DNA from: Bacteroidales bacterium
GTDB taxonomy: Bacteria; Bacteroidota; Bacteroidia; Bacteroidales; UBA3663
Direction of reading: 5' to 3'
Assembly (NCBI GenBank): GCA_045628525.1
Contig: JAZQPJ010000034.1
Coordinates: forward strand, 4,061-68,060
DNA length: 64,000 nucleotides
Below, piece by piece: positions 1-7,115 of this stretch. The translations under genes were made by a program, and so were the position numbers. The notes beneath the pieces are model-generated. The model was not told the DNA's origin and did no database searches. It saw only the letters and a program-made list of their open reading frames with translations. Numbering within the stretch: the first letter of the stretch is position 1; the number at the start of each line of letters is the position of its first letter.

Positions 1-2
1 TG

Positions 3-1634
3 CTGGCTCCTGTGACGTGGGAACTCATTGAACCTGTGGAGGGAAAGTACGATTTCTCTTCGCTTGACAATATCATCCAGGAGGCGCGACGGAACGACCT
101 GAAGGTGGTGGTGCTGTGGTTCGGCGCATGGAAGAACTCGATGAGCTGCTATGCGCCCGAGTGGTTCAAACGCGACGTGAAGCGTTTCCCTCGTGTGCAT
201 GATCGCAACGGCCTGCCGATGGAGGAGGCCTCTTCGCTCTCGGCCAATGTGCTGGAGGCGGACAAGCGTGTGTTCTGCCAGATCATGCAGCACATCAGGG
301 AGGTGGACAGCGAGGAGCAGACCATCGTGATGGTGCAGGTGGAGAATGAGATAGGCATGATCAAGGAGCCGCGGGACTACAGCAAGGATGCGACGAAGAT
401 GTATGAGAGCCAGGTGCCGAAGGAGCTGACAGAGTATCTGCTAAGTTTGAAGGGTTTGAAGGGTTCGAAGGGTTCGAAGGGTTTGAAGGGTTCGAAAGAT
501 CCGAATGGTTCAAAGGTTACTCTCAAACCCCTCAAACCTTTCAAACCCCTCAAGCTTAATAATCCTCGCTTAGAGATCTCGACCGACAAGGGCAGCTGGG
601 CAGAGCTCTTTGGCAACGACATGTATGCCGAGGAGATCTTCCAGGCATGGACCTATGCCGTCTATGTGGAGGAACTTGCCAAGGCGGGCAAGGCCATCTA
701 TGACCTGCCGATGTATGTGAATGTGGCGCTCAACAGCCGTGGCCGTAAGCCTGGCGAATACCCTTCGGCCGGCCCTTTGGCGCACCTCATCGACATCTGG
801 CATTGTGGCGCACCAAGCATCGCTGTCCTCGGCCTTGACCTCTACGACAAGGGTTATCGCGACTGGACGGCTAAGTATCATCTGCCTAACAATCCGCTCT
901 TTATCCCGGAAATCCGTCTCGAAGATCAGGATGCCATGCGTGCGCTCTATGCCTTCGGTCATCATGACGCGATGGGCTTCTGCCCGTTCTCGATCGAGGA
1001 TTATCCGCTGTATCTTAACTCTTCAAACTCCTCAAACTCTTCAAACTCCTCAAACTCCCTCGACCTCTCACTCGATGATCAGCTGAACGCGTTTTCTTCT
1101 AATAGTTCATCCCTTTCGCCTTTGGCAGCATCTTATAAATTGCTAAGACAAGCCGAGCCCTTGATCCTCGCACACCAAGGCACCGACGACATGGATGCCG
1201 TTATCCTCGACAACGACATGCGCGAAGCTGATATCCGTACGCCTGACGGCATCACCCTGCACGTAAAGCACAGCTACTCACTTGGTTGGGAGCCAGGCGC
1301 GCAATCGGACACTTGGCCGGAAGCTGCCTGCATCATCGTCCGTCAGGGCAAGGAGGATTATGTCGTGATCGGGTCGGGCGTGGTCATAACTTATGAGAAG
1401 AGTATGGAGGGGTTGAGGGGTTTGAAGGGTTCGAAAGGTTTGAGAGGTTCGAAGGGTTTGAGGGGTTCGAATGTTCAGATCGGCCTTGCCAAGTGCGAGC
1501 AAGTAGAATATGACAAGGATGGCAACATGCAGATCATCCGTCACCTGAGTGGCGATCAGACGCACCAGGGCCGTCACGTCCGCATCCCGGTAGGAGAGTA
1601 CGCGATCCAGCACTTCCGCCTTTACGAATACTAA
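3..1634 (+). CDS. Glycoside hydrolase, clan GH-A beta-galactosidase-like (GH35/42-type catalytic region with DUF5597-like C-terminal part); 5' end cut by the window edge
   Basis: The frame is open to the window start. It contains WELIEPVEGKYDFSSLD, VVLWFGAWKN and the catalytic-type VQVENEIG motif. Three repeat insertions interrupt it in frame. Confidence 0.6.
   Translation: MAPVTWELIEPVEGKYDFSSLDNIIQEARRNDLKVVVLWFGAWKNSMSCYAPEWFKRDVKRFPRVHDRNGLPMEEASSLSANVLEADKRVFCQIMQHIREVDSEEQTIVMVQVENEIGMIKEPRDYSKDATKMYESQVPKELTEYLLSLKGLKGSKGSKGLKGSKDPNGSKVTLKPLKPFKPLKLNNPRLEISTDKGSWAELFGNDMYAEEIFQAWTYAVYVEELAKAGKAIYDLPMYVNVALNSRGRKPGEYPSAGPLAHLIDIWHCGAPSIAVLGLDLYDKGYRDWTAKYHLPNNPLFIPEIRLEDQDAMRALYAFGHHDAMGFCPFSIEDYPLYLNSSNSSNSSNSSNSLDLSLDDQLNAFSSNSSSLSPLAASYKLLRQAEPLILAHQGTDDMDAVILDNDMREADIRTPDGITLHVKHSYSLGWEPGAQSDTWPEAACIIVRQGKEDYVVIGSGVVITYEKSMEGLRGLKGSKGLRGSKGLRGSNVQIGLAKCEQVEYDKDGNMQIIRHLSGDQTHQGRHVRIPVGEYAIQHFRLYEY
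445..557. repeat. Intragenic self-complementary element: six GTTYGAAGG 9-mers, a 23-bp centre, then four CTCAAACCY-type 9-mers (reverse complement of the left arm)
   Basis: Direct reading of the sequence. Period 9 keeps the frame, and it translates as SLKGLKGSKGSKGLKGSKDPNGSKVTLKPLKPFKPLKL. Confidence 0.85.
1019..1063. repeat. Intragenic 9-bp tandem repeat CTCYTCAAA x4-5 (C-strand orientation of the TTYGARG family)
   Basis: Direct reading; translates as NSSNSSNSSNSSNS. Confidence 0.85.
1407..1472. repeat. Intragenic 9-bp tandem repeat GARRGGTTY x7 (G-strand orientation), the inverted partner of 1019-1063
   Basis: Direct reading; translates as EGLRGLKGSKGLRGSKGLRGSN. Positions 1429-1446 are identical to 26459-26476. 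Confidence 0.85.
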
Positions 1635-1683
1635 CTACTTTCCATAGCCAATGCTGATTATCGGCACTTTCGATGAGTGTGCT

Positions 1684-3027
1684 TCATGATGCCTTGTTCT
1701 GATCGCTGATAGACAGCGCAATAATGATGGTCAAGCCGCCGCCATCGGTTTCTTCGGCCACGGCACTTCCACCATATTGCACGGCGATGTTCTTGACGAT
1801 GGCAAGGCCAAGACCAGTGCCACCTAACTTGCGGCTTCGCCCTTTATCGACGCGATAGAAGCGCTCGAAGAGGTGGGGGAGGTGTGCAGCAGGTACGCCT
1901 ACGCCATTGTCGCTGAACGTGAAGATGTAGTCAGATGACGTCATTGCAGCAGATACCGTGAAGCGTGTGGCACCCATGGCGTATGCCAGTGTGTTGTCGA
2001 AGATATTGCGAAACAGGGAGTAAATCAGGGCGGAATCGCCTTGCATGGGCATTGAACCAGGGAGCGAAAGCATATCGAGTTCAATGCCTTGTTCTGTGAA
2101 TTTGGCTTTTGTCTCGTCGGCGATGCCTTGCAGGATTTCTGCTGCATCGACTTTGGTCGTAGGGCGTACGATGGCGGCTTCGTCCAGACGTGTGAGCATG
2201 GACATGTCCTGTAGCAAGCGGCTCATGCGCTGGCTTTGCGCATAGCAGCGTGTGAGGAAAGACTGCCGTTGTTGGGCAGAAAGTGAATCGCCGGCAGAGA
2301 TCATCGTCTCAAGGTAGCCTTCGATGGCGGCAGCCGGCGTCTTGAGCTCGTGGGCGGCATTTTCGGTGAGCTGGCGCTTGATGCGACGCTTGTCCTCCTC
2401 GCTGCGATGCAATCTGAACCGAAGATAAAGCACCACGGCTATGAGCACGAGGATGCCTGCGGTGTAATAGAAAAAAGTGTAGTCGCGTTCGAGCGAAGAG
2501 GTAAGAGGGGCGGAATAGGGTACGGACGAGCGGATAATAAGACCCTTTCCCCAACCCTCCTCTGCACCCCTTCTATCCCCCGAACAGCGGGGGCAGAAAT
2601 CCGTAATCGGGAGGGAGTATTGGTTACTATCTATAGCGAAATAGGTTGCCGAATAGAAATACTTTTCACCATTGGTTTCGGACGCTCGCTTAATGTCAAA
2701 TCCAGAACCATACTGAAGGGCATCCTGAATCTCCTTGCGGAGAAGGTGGTTGCCCATTTTCTTTACATCTTTCTCCTGGCTATCATAGAGCACATTTCCT
2801 TCAGTGTCAATTATTGTGATGCGAAATGTGGTATCTATTTCTCCCTCCCCATTACGGGTGAGGGTTGGGGAGAGGGTCCTATAGTTATTGAGCTGCAGCT
2901 GCGAGTGCAGGATATCGACGCGAAACGCATGTTCACGCTGGTATTCATACACGCCGAAGCTGATGGTAAACAATGCCACCAGCAGCGTAACAATCAGAAA
3001 CAGATTATTTTTCGAACGAATATCCAT
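1684..3027 (-). CDS. Sensor histidine kinase (two TM segments, periplasmic sensor region, HisKA + HATPase_c)
   Basis: H-box ENAAHELKTP and G-box GGTGLGLAIVKNI. The start was chosen at MDIRSKNN (ATG 3027, overlapping the regulator's 3' end); ATG 3057 is an alternative. Confidence 0.85.
   Translation of the reverse strand: MDIRSKNNLFLIVTLLVALFTISFGVYEYQREHAFRVDILHSQLQLNNYRTLSPTLTRNGEGEIDTTFRITIIDTEGNVLYDSQEKDVKKMGNHLLRKEIQDALQYGSGFDIKRASETNGEKYFYSATYFAIDSNQYSLPITDFCPRCSGDRRGAEEGWGKGLIIRSSVPYSAPLTSSLERDYTFFYYTAGILVLIAVVLYLRFRLHRSEEDKRRIKRQLTENAAHELKTPAAAIEGYLETMISAGDSLSAQQRQSFLTRCYAQSQRMSRLLQDMSMLTRLDEAAIVRPTTKVDAAEILQGIADETKAKFTEQGIELDMLSLPGSMPMQGDSALIYSLFRNIFDNTLAYAMGATRFTVSAAMTSSDYIFTFSDNGVGVPAAHLPHLFERFYRVDKGRSRKLGGTGLGLAIVKNIAVQYGGSAVAEETDGGGLTIIIALSISDQNKAS
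2541..2617. repeat. C-tract/G-tract palindromic element (long form) inside the kinase sensor region
   Basis: GACCCTTTCCCCAACCCTCC...CCCCCGAACAGCGGGGG...CCGTAATCGGGAGGGAG. It is read through in frame. Confidence 0.75.
2841..2879. repeat. C-tract/G-tract palindromic element (short form, inverted relative to 2541-2617)
   Basis: The reverse complement reads GACCCTCTCCCCAACCCTCACCCGTAATGGGGAGGGAG, with the same termini as the long form. Confidence 0.75.
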
Positions 3028-3739
3028 AGCCGAACCTTGTGCGAATACATTTGCCATATTGTCCGATCTTCTTGCGCAGACGCGTGATGTTGACATCCAC
3101 CGTGCGGTCGAGCACGTACGCATCATTTGGCCAGATGCGTGTCAGGATCTCCTCGCGAGAGAAGACGGTGTGTGGGTGTTCCAGGAGCAAATCAAGCAGC
3201 TCATATTCAAGCTTTGTGAGCGTCACCTCCGTACCATCCACATGGCAGGTCTTTGCCAACGTATCGAGCACCAAACCCTCATAACTCACCTTATTGTCGC
3301 TGTTATTTGTTTCTTTGGCAGGGAGCTCTTTATCTTTTTCACTCTTTACCTCTTTCGCTTGCTGAGATGCAGCGCGGCGAAGCACCGCCTTGACCCTCGC
3401 CTTCACCTCACTCAATCTGAATGGCTTCGTGATATAGTCATCCGACCCCAGCGAGAATCCGTCCAGCACATCCTTCTCCTCGGTCTTTGCCGTGCAGAAG
3501 ATGATGGGGATTGCTGCCAACGCCGCATCCTGTTTCATCAGTTTGGCCACCTCAAACCCGCTGAGGCCCTCCATCATCACGTCGAGCAGCACTAGGTCAA
3601 ATGCCTCGGCCTTGAGCATGACAAGCGCTTCCTCGCCCGATGCCGCGGTCTCGACCGTGTACCCTTCCGTCTGGAGGTTATACTGCAGGATGTCGCAGAT
3701 GTCCTGCTCATCATCCACTATCAAAATTCGTTCGTTCAT
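3005..3739 (-). CDS. OmpR/PhoB-family DNA-binding response regulator
   Basis: Receiver domain (ILIVDDEQDI, LLDVMMEGLSG) and a winged-helix C-terminus (LTKLEYELL...VDVNITRLRKKI). The start was set at MNERIL because a -7 box lies inside the longer ORF. Confidence 0.9.
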   Translation of the reverse strand: MNERILIVDDEQDICDILQYNLQTEGYTVETAASGEEALVMLKAEAFDLVLLDVMMEGLSGFEVAKLMKQDAALAAIPIIFCTAKTEEKDVLDGFSLGSDDYITKPFRLSEVKARVKAVLRRAASQQAKEVKSEKDKELPAKETNNSDNKVSYEGLVLDTLAKTCHVDGTEVTLTKLEYELLDLLLEHPHTVFSREEILTRIWPNDAYVLDRTVDVNITRLRKKIGQYGKCIRTRFGYGYSFEK

Positions 3740-3758
3740 AGTTCCATGTTTGTGGGTG

Positions 3759-3766
3759 CAAAGATA
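3759..3766 (-). promoter_or_regulatory. Bacteroidetes-type -7 promoter box (TATCTTTG) for the response regulator/kinase operon
   Basis: Matches the TAnnTTTG consensus about 20 nt upstream of ATG 3739. Confidence 0.5.
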
Positions 3767-3913
3767 ATACATTTTTGTTACAAAGTTGTGACGAATGCCT
3801 GGGAAGTGAATTTTTTTGCTAATCGCACACTCTATTTTCGCGTATTTTAGTCAAAATTGCATTCATTTCATCCATTTAGTTCTCAAAACTGCGGAACTTT
3901 GAAGAAAAAGACT

Positions 3914-3921
3914 TACCTTTG
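3914..3921 (+). promoter_or_regulatory. -7 promoter box (TACCTTTG) upstream of the toxin-antitoxin pair
   Basis: Matches TAnnTTTG about 60 nt upstream of ATG 3984. Confidence 0.4.
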
Positions 3922-3983
3922 CACTCAAATGGTCGCGAAGAACAAAAGCGACACTCATAACAATCGAACAAAATCATACTACT

Positions 3984-4223
3984 ATGGCAACATTGGCAAT
4001 ACAACCCGAAGCAAATCAGATGGTCGTTACATTCAGCGATGTTAGCGTTATGCAGCAAGTAAAGAAAGCCATCGCACTTATGCGAGGCGTAAAATCGGTT
4101 ACTATGCCTCGCAAGAAGCGTATGTGCGGCCTTGATCTCGCCTTGCAGGACGTAGAAGAAGGACGTGTAACTCGGTGGAATAGTGTGGAAGAGATGTTTG
4201 AGCACTTGAATAAAGAGGATTGA
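3984..4223 (+). CDS. Putative type II antitoxin (DinJ/RelB-like C-terminal segment)
   Basis: A 79-aa ORF ending 3 nt before a YafQ-family toxin gene. Its C-terminal ...QDVEEGRVTRWNSVEEMFEHL resembles the DinJ tail. Confidence 0.65.
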   Translation: MATLAIQPEANQMVVTFSDVSVMQQVKKAIALMRGVKSVTMPRKKRMCGLDLALQDVEEGRVTRWNSVEEMFEHLNKED

Positions 4224-4226
4224 TCC

Positions 4227-4499
4227 ATGTACACAGTCATCACTTCAAAAGCTTTTGAGAAGGATTATAAAAGGTGCCAAAAGCGAGGCTTGAATATTCG
4301 ACTACTTCAGGAAGCAATCACCCTTCTGGCCAATGACGGAAAACTTCCACCAGAATATCGCCCACACATCCTAAGCGGCAAGTATGCCGGCATCTGGGAA
4401 TGCCATATCAAGGGTGACTGGCTCATGACATGGCGACAGTATGATGACCGTCTTGAGCTGCTCATGCTCAATACGGGTACACATTCCGACTTATTTTAG
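4227..4499 (+). CDS. yafQ: Type II toxin, YafQ/RelE family mRNA interferase
   Basis: 90 aa, collinear with E. coli YafQ (KDYKRCQKRG..., ECHIKGDWLM..., C-terminal NTGTHSDLF versus TGTHAALF). Confidence 0.85.
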   Translation: MYTVITSKAFEKDYKRCQKRGLNIRLLQEAITLLANDGKLPPEYRPHILSGKYAGIWECHIKGDWLMTWRQYDDRLELLMLNTGTHSDLF

Positions 4500-4527
4500 T
4501 TGCTCAAAGTGGTACATCTTTTTTATT

Positions 4528-4565
4528 AGGCCCTGCCTCCCAAGAACATCCAGGAGGCAGGGCCT
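4528..4565. terminator. Convergent-gene hairpin (13-bp perfect stem AGGCCCTGCCTCC/GGAGGCAGGGCCT)
   Basis: Lies between the yafQ stop and the nptA stop. There is no canonical U-tract on either side. Confidence 0.5.
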
Positions 4566-4570
4566 TAATA

Positions 4571-6253
4571 TTACTTGTTCACAGCAGCTTCTGCCTGCAC
4601 CACATTGATCGCATAGTCGCCTATCTTCTCGCATTCGGCAATGAAGTCGTTGAAGAAGGCGCCGAGGCGGTAGCTGTACTTGCCCTCGTTCACGGCGATG
4701 AGGTTCTCCTCGCGGCTGATGGTGCGCAGGGAGTTGATCTCGTTTTCTGCCTCGATGTTGTCGCGCAGATTGATTACCACGTGTTCAGGGTCGGTGATCA
4801 CCTGACGCATCTCATGCAGGGCGCGCTCGGTGAGGTCGAGCATCTGGGTCATCTGCATCTTCTGGTAGTCGGTGAAGTCGCTCGGCTCATTCTCACGCTT
4901 GCGCTGCAGGGTACGGCCGAGGTGGAACATCGAGTCTCCGATCGACTCCAGCTCGTCCACCTGTCGCAGCATCTGGGCGATGTGGTTCTTCGAGTAAGCC
5001 GAGAGCCTGCCCTCCGACACCTTGCGCAGGTAGCCGGCAATCTCCACCTCCATGTTGTCGGTGATCTGCTCGTAGTGTTCCAGTCGCTTGTATTCCTCGG
5101 CAAAGTCGCTCTCCTTCTTGGCCGAAAGGGCGCGGTTCACCATGTCGAGCATCTTCTGGCAACGCTCGGCCATGACACCCACCTCGTTGCGTGCCTGCAG
5201 GATGGAGAGCTCGGCCGTAGAGAGCAAGCCGCCGCTGATGTAGCGCAGACGTGTCTCCTCCTGCGTCTCCTTCTGAGGCAGCACGCGGCACACCAGCTGC
5301 TCAATCTGCTTGACGAAGCCAATCAATAACAAGGTGTTGAATACGTTGAATGCCGTGTGGAAGGCCGAGAGCTTGAAGAGGTCGTTGTTGCCAGCGCCCA
5401 TCACATGCTCCACGAACCATGACACGCCGTTGCAGAACGGATAGAACATCAGGAGCACCACCACCACGCCGAACACATTGAAGAACATGTGCGCGAGTGC
5501 CGCGCGTCGTGCCTGCGTGTTGGCGGTCAGGGAGGCGATGAATGCCGTGATCGTCGTACCGATGTTCTGACCCATGGCCAAAGCCGCTGCCTGCTCAAGG
5601 CCGAAGCCGGGGATCTGCATGTCGAACAGCATCAACGTGATGGCCATCGTGGCGGCCGATGCCTGAACGAGCATGGTAACCAATGCACCCACTACCACGA
5701 AAAGCAAGATTGTGAGGAAACCGCCATCGGCCACGCCTGCCAGCATCTGTGCCACCAGTTCGCCGATGTTCAGATCGGTGGCCGATTGCTGCAGGAAACT
5801 CAAGCCCATGAACAGGAACGAGAAGCCGAAGATGAACTCGCCGATCGACTTGCGATGCGAATTGCTGCTGAAGATGAGCGGAATGCCAAAGGCAAGCAAC
5901 GGCAACGCCAGGGCGGCGATATTGACCTTGAAACCGACAGCCGAGATGATCCATGCCGTCACCGTGGTGCCCACATTGGCACCCATGATCACGCCGATGG
6001 CTTGTGCCAGCGTCATCAATCCGGCATTGACAAACGAAACGACCATCACCGTGGTGGCCGAAGAGGATTGGATCAAGGCGGTCACGGCAATGCCCGTGAG
6101 AACACCCATCACACGATTGCGCGTCATGGCAGCCAGGATGCTGCGCAGACGATCGCCAGCAAATTTCTCAAGACCCTCGCTCATCGTCTTCATGCCGAAG
6201 AGGAAGAGTGCCAGGGATCCGATCAGGGAGAGGAGATTCAGAATTGTATCCAT
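4571..6253 (-). CDS. Na+/phosphate cotransporter family protein (NptA/YjbB type) with a C-terminal PhoU-like helical domain
   Basis: Duplicated Na_Pi_cotrans motifs (QSSSATTVMVVSF, GANVGTTVTAW; GQNIGTTITAF) and a long helical C-terminal half. Confidence 0.9.
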   Translation of the reverse strand: MDTILNLLSLIGSLALFLFGMKTMSEGLEKFAGDRLRSILAAMTRNRVMGVLTGIAVTALIQSSSATTVMVVSFVNAGLMTLAQAIGVIMGANVGTTVTAWIISAVGFKVNIAALALPLLAFGIPLIFSSNSHRKSIGEFIFGFSFLFMGLSFLQQSATDLNIGELVAQMLAGVADGGFLTILLFVVVGALVTMLVQASAATMAITLMLFDMQIPGFGLEQAAALAMGQNIGTTITAFIASLTANTQARRAALAHMFFNVFGVVVVLLMFYPFCNGVSWFVEHVMGAGNNDLFKLSAFHTAFNVFNTLLLIGFVKQIEQLVCRVLPQKETQEETRLRYISGGLLSTAELSILQARNEVGVMAERCQKMLDMVNRALSAKKESDFAEEYKRLEHYEQITDNMEVEIAGYLRKVSEGRLSAYSKNHIAQMLRQVDELESIGDSMFHLGRTLQRKRENEPSDFTDYQKMQMTQMLDLTERALHEMRQVITDPEHVVINLRDNIEAENEINSLRTISREENLIAVNEGKYSYRLGAFFNDFIAECEKIGDYAINVVQAEAAVNK

Positions 6254-6255
6254 AT

Positions 6256-6302
6256 TTTCAAATTACAGATTACAGATTTCAGATTACGAATTACAAATTA
6301 CG
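6256..6302. repeat. Heptamer tandem repeat (GTAATYT/GAAATCT x6-7 on the gene strand) filling the 5' leader of nptA
   Basis: The gene strand reads CGTAATTTGTAATTCGTAATCTGAAATCTGTAATCTGTAATTTGAAAAT-ATG. The 18-mer at 6256-6273 is identical to 57896-57913. Confidence 0.85.
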
Positions 6303-6314
6303 TTATTGACGCTG

Positions 6315-6322
6315 CAAAGATA
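6315..6322 (-). promoter_or_regulatory. -7 promoter box (TATCTTTG) for nptA
   Basis: Matches TAnnTTTG, which places the heptamer repeats in the transcribed leader. Confidence 0.5.
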
Positions 6323-6424
6323 TTACAACAATGTTACAATTTTATGACAAATGCTAAAAAAATGCGCAAATACCCTATTATTAGATCTTATAGTGGTCGT
6401 TTTTGTCTGTCCTCCTCAAAAAAA

Positions 6425-6552
6425 AGTTGAATGGATTAGACGTTAACTTCAGCCCTAGTTGAATGCTTTTAGGCATAACTCCGACAAGAGTTGAATGATT
6501 ATCTCTTAACTCCAAAACCTATTGAGTTCAGCCTTGTCTGGCCTGTTCAACT
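6425..6552. repeat. Three direct repeats in exact 32-bp register (AGTTGAATG-N9/10-TAACTYC) plus a degenerate fourth unit
   Basis: Units start at 6425, 6457 and 6489. The fourth (6521) ends in GTTCAACT, an inverted copy of the AGTTGAA core. Confidence 0.7.
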
Positions 6553-6846
6553 AAATCCAGAGTTTGTTGTTGCGTGGAGGGGGAGAGTATGAAACGATAT
6601 CTGTGAAATGATATGGATAGTATTGGTTTGATATAGTTTATATTTCATGCGGGCGTTTTTAGGTGTTTTGTTTGGGATTTGTCGTGACGACACGTCCCTT
6701 TTTCAATTTCATAATGTCTTGCGTTCTGGATAGATTTGACGATTACAAATGTGAAGAAATGCAATGTTTCTACTTGTTTAGGATGTACAAACCCAAATAT
6801 TTTTATGATTTATTTGATTTTATTTGTAACCGCAAATTATTTTGCG

Positions 6847-6854
6847 TATATTTG
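6847..6854 (+). promoter_or_regulatory. -7 promoter box (TATATTTG) for the DUF3791/DUF3990 module
   Basis: Matches TAnnTTTG about 40 nt upstream of ATG 6896. Confidence 0.45.
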
Positions 6855-6895
6855 CACCGTGATAATGTCGAATCATTAGATTAGTGTGAAGTAAT

Positions 6896-7114
6896 ATGTC
6901 AAAGCAAGAACAAGATAAGTCATATTTCGTTGCTTTCTGCATTGAGCAGTATAAGGCAGCAAAGGGAATGGACGGTGCAGACGTGGCGCAGCTGTTCTTC
7001 CAAAAAGGCGTGGCATCGTACCTCGCTGATAACTTTGATGTGCTTCATACTCAAAGCCGACAGTGGCTTATGGAGGAGATCGATGAATATCTGGAACAAA
7101 ACGAAGAGAAGTAA
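6896..7114 (+). CDS. DUF3791-family small helical protein
   Basis: 72 aa with the family-typical FVAFCIEQYK...YLADNFDVLHTQ. Its stop lies 1 nt before the next start. Confidence 0.75.
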   Translation: MSKQEQDKSYFVAFCIEQYKAAKGMDGADVAQLFFQKGVASYLADNFDVLHTQSRQWLMEEIDEYLEQNEEK

Positions 7115-7115
7115 A

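Noticed and set aside
3740-3772. 5'-extended start codons offered by the ORF track (3772, 17094, 19275, 44135, 55459, 21472, 26470, 27343, 29471, 50923, 6930, 9597, 11408)
   Set aside because: The extensions contain a TAnnTTTG promoter box, repeat DNA or the end of the upstream gene. The N-terminal motif, signal peptide or family-typical start begins at the internal ATG that I used.
4528-4565. Canonical intrinsic terminator call for the 13-bp hairpin between yafQ and nptA
   Set aside because: The stem is strong but neither strand has a U-tract after it, since the T-run precedes the stem on the plus strand. It is kept only as a medium-confidence convergent hairpin.
6663-6884. 73-aa ORF in the nptA-island gap
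   Set aside because: It has a GTG start and an AT-rich Phe/Cys/Tyr-heavy product. The DUF3791 promoter box lies inside its 3' end, so it is likely non-coding.
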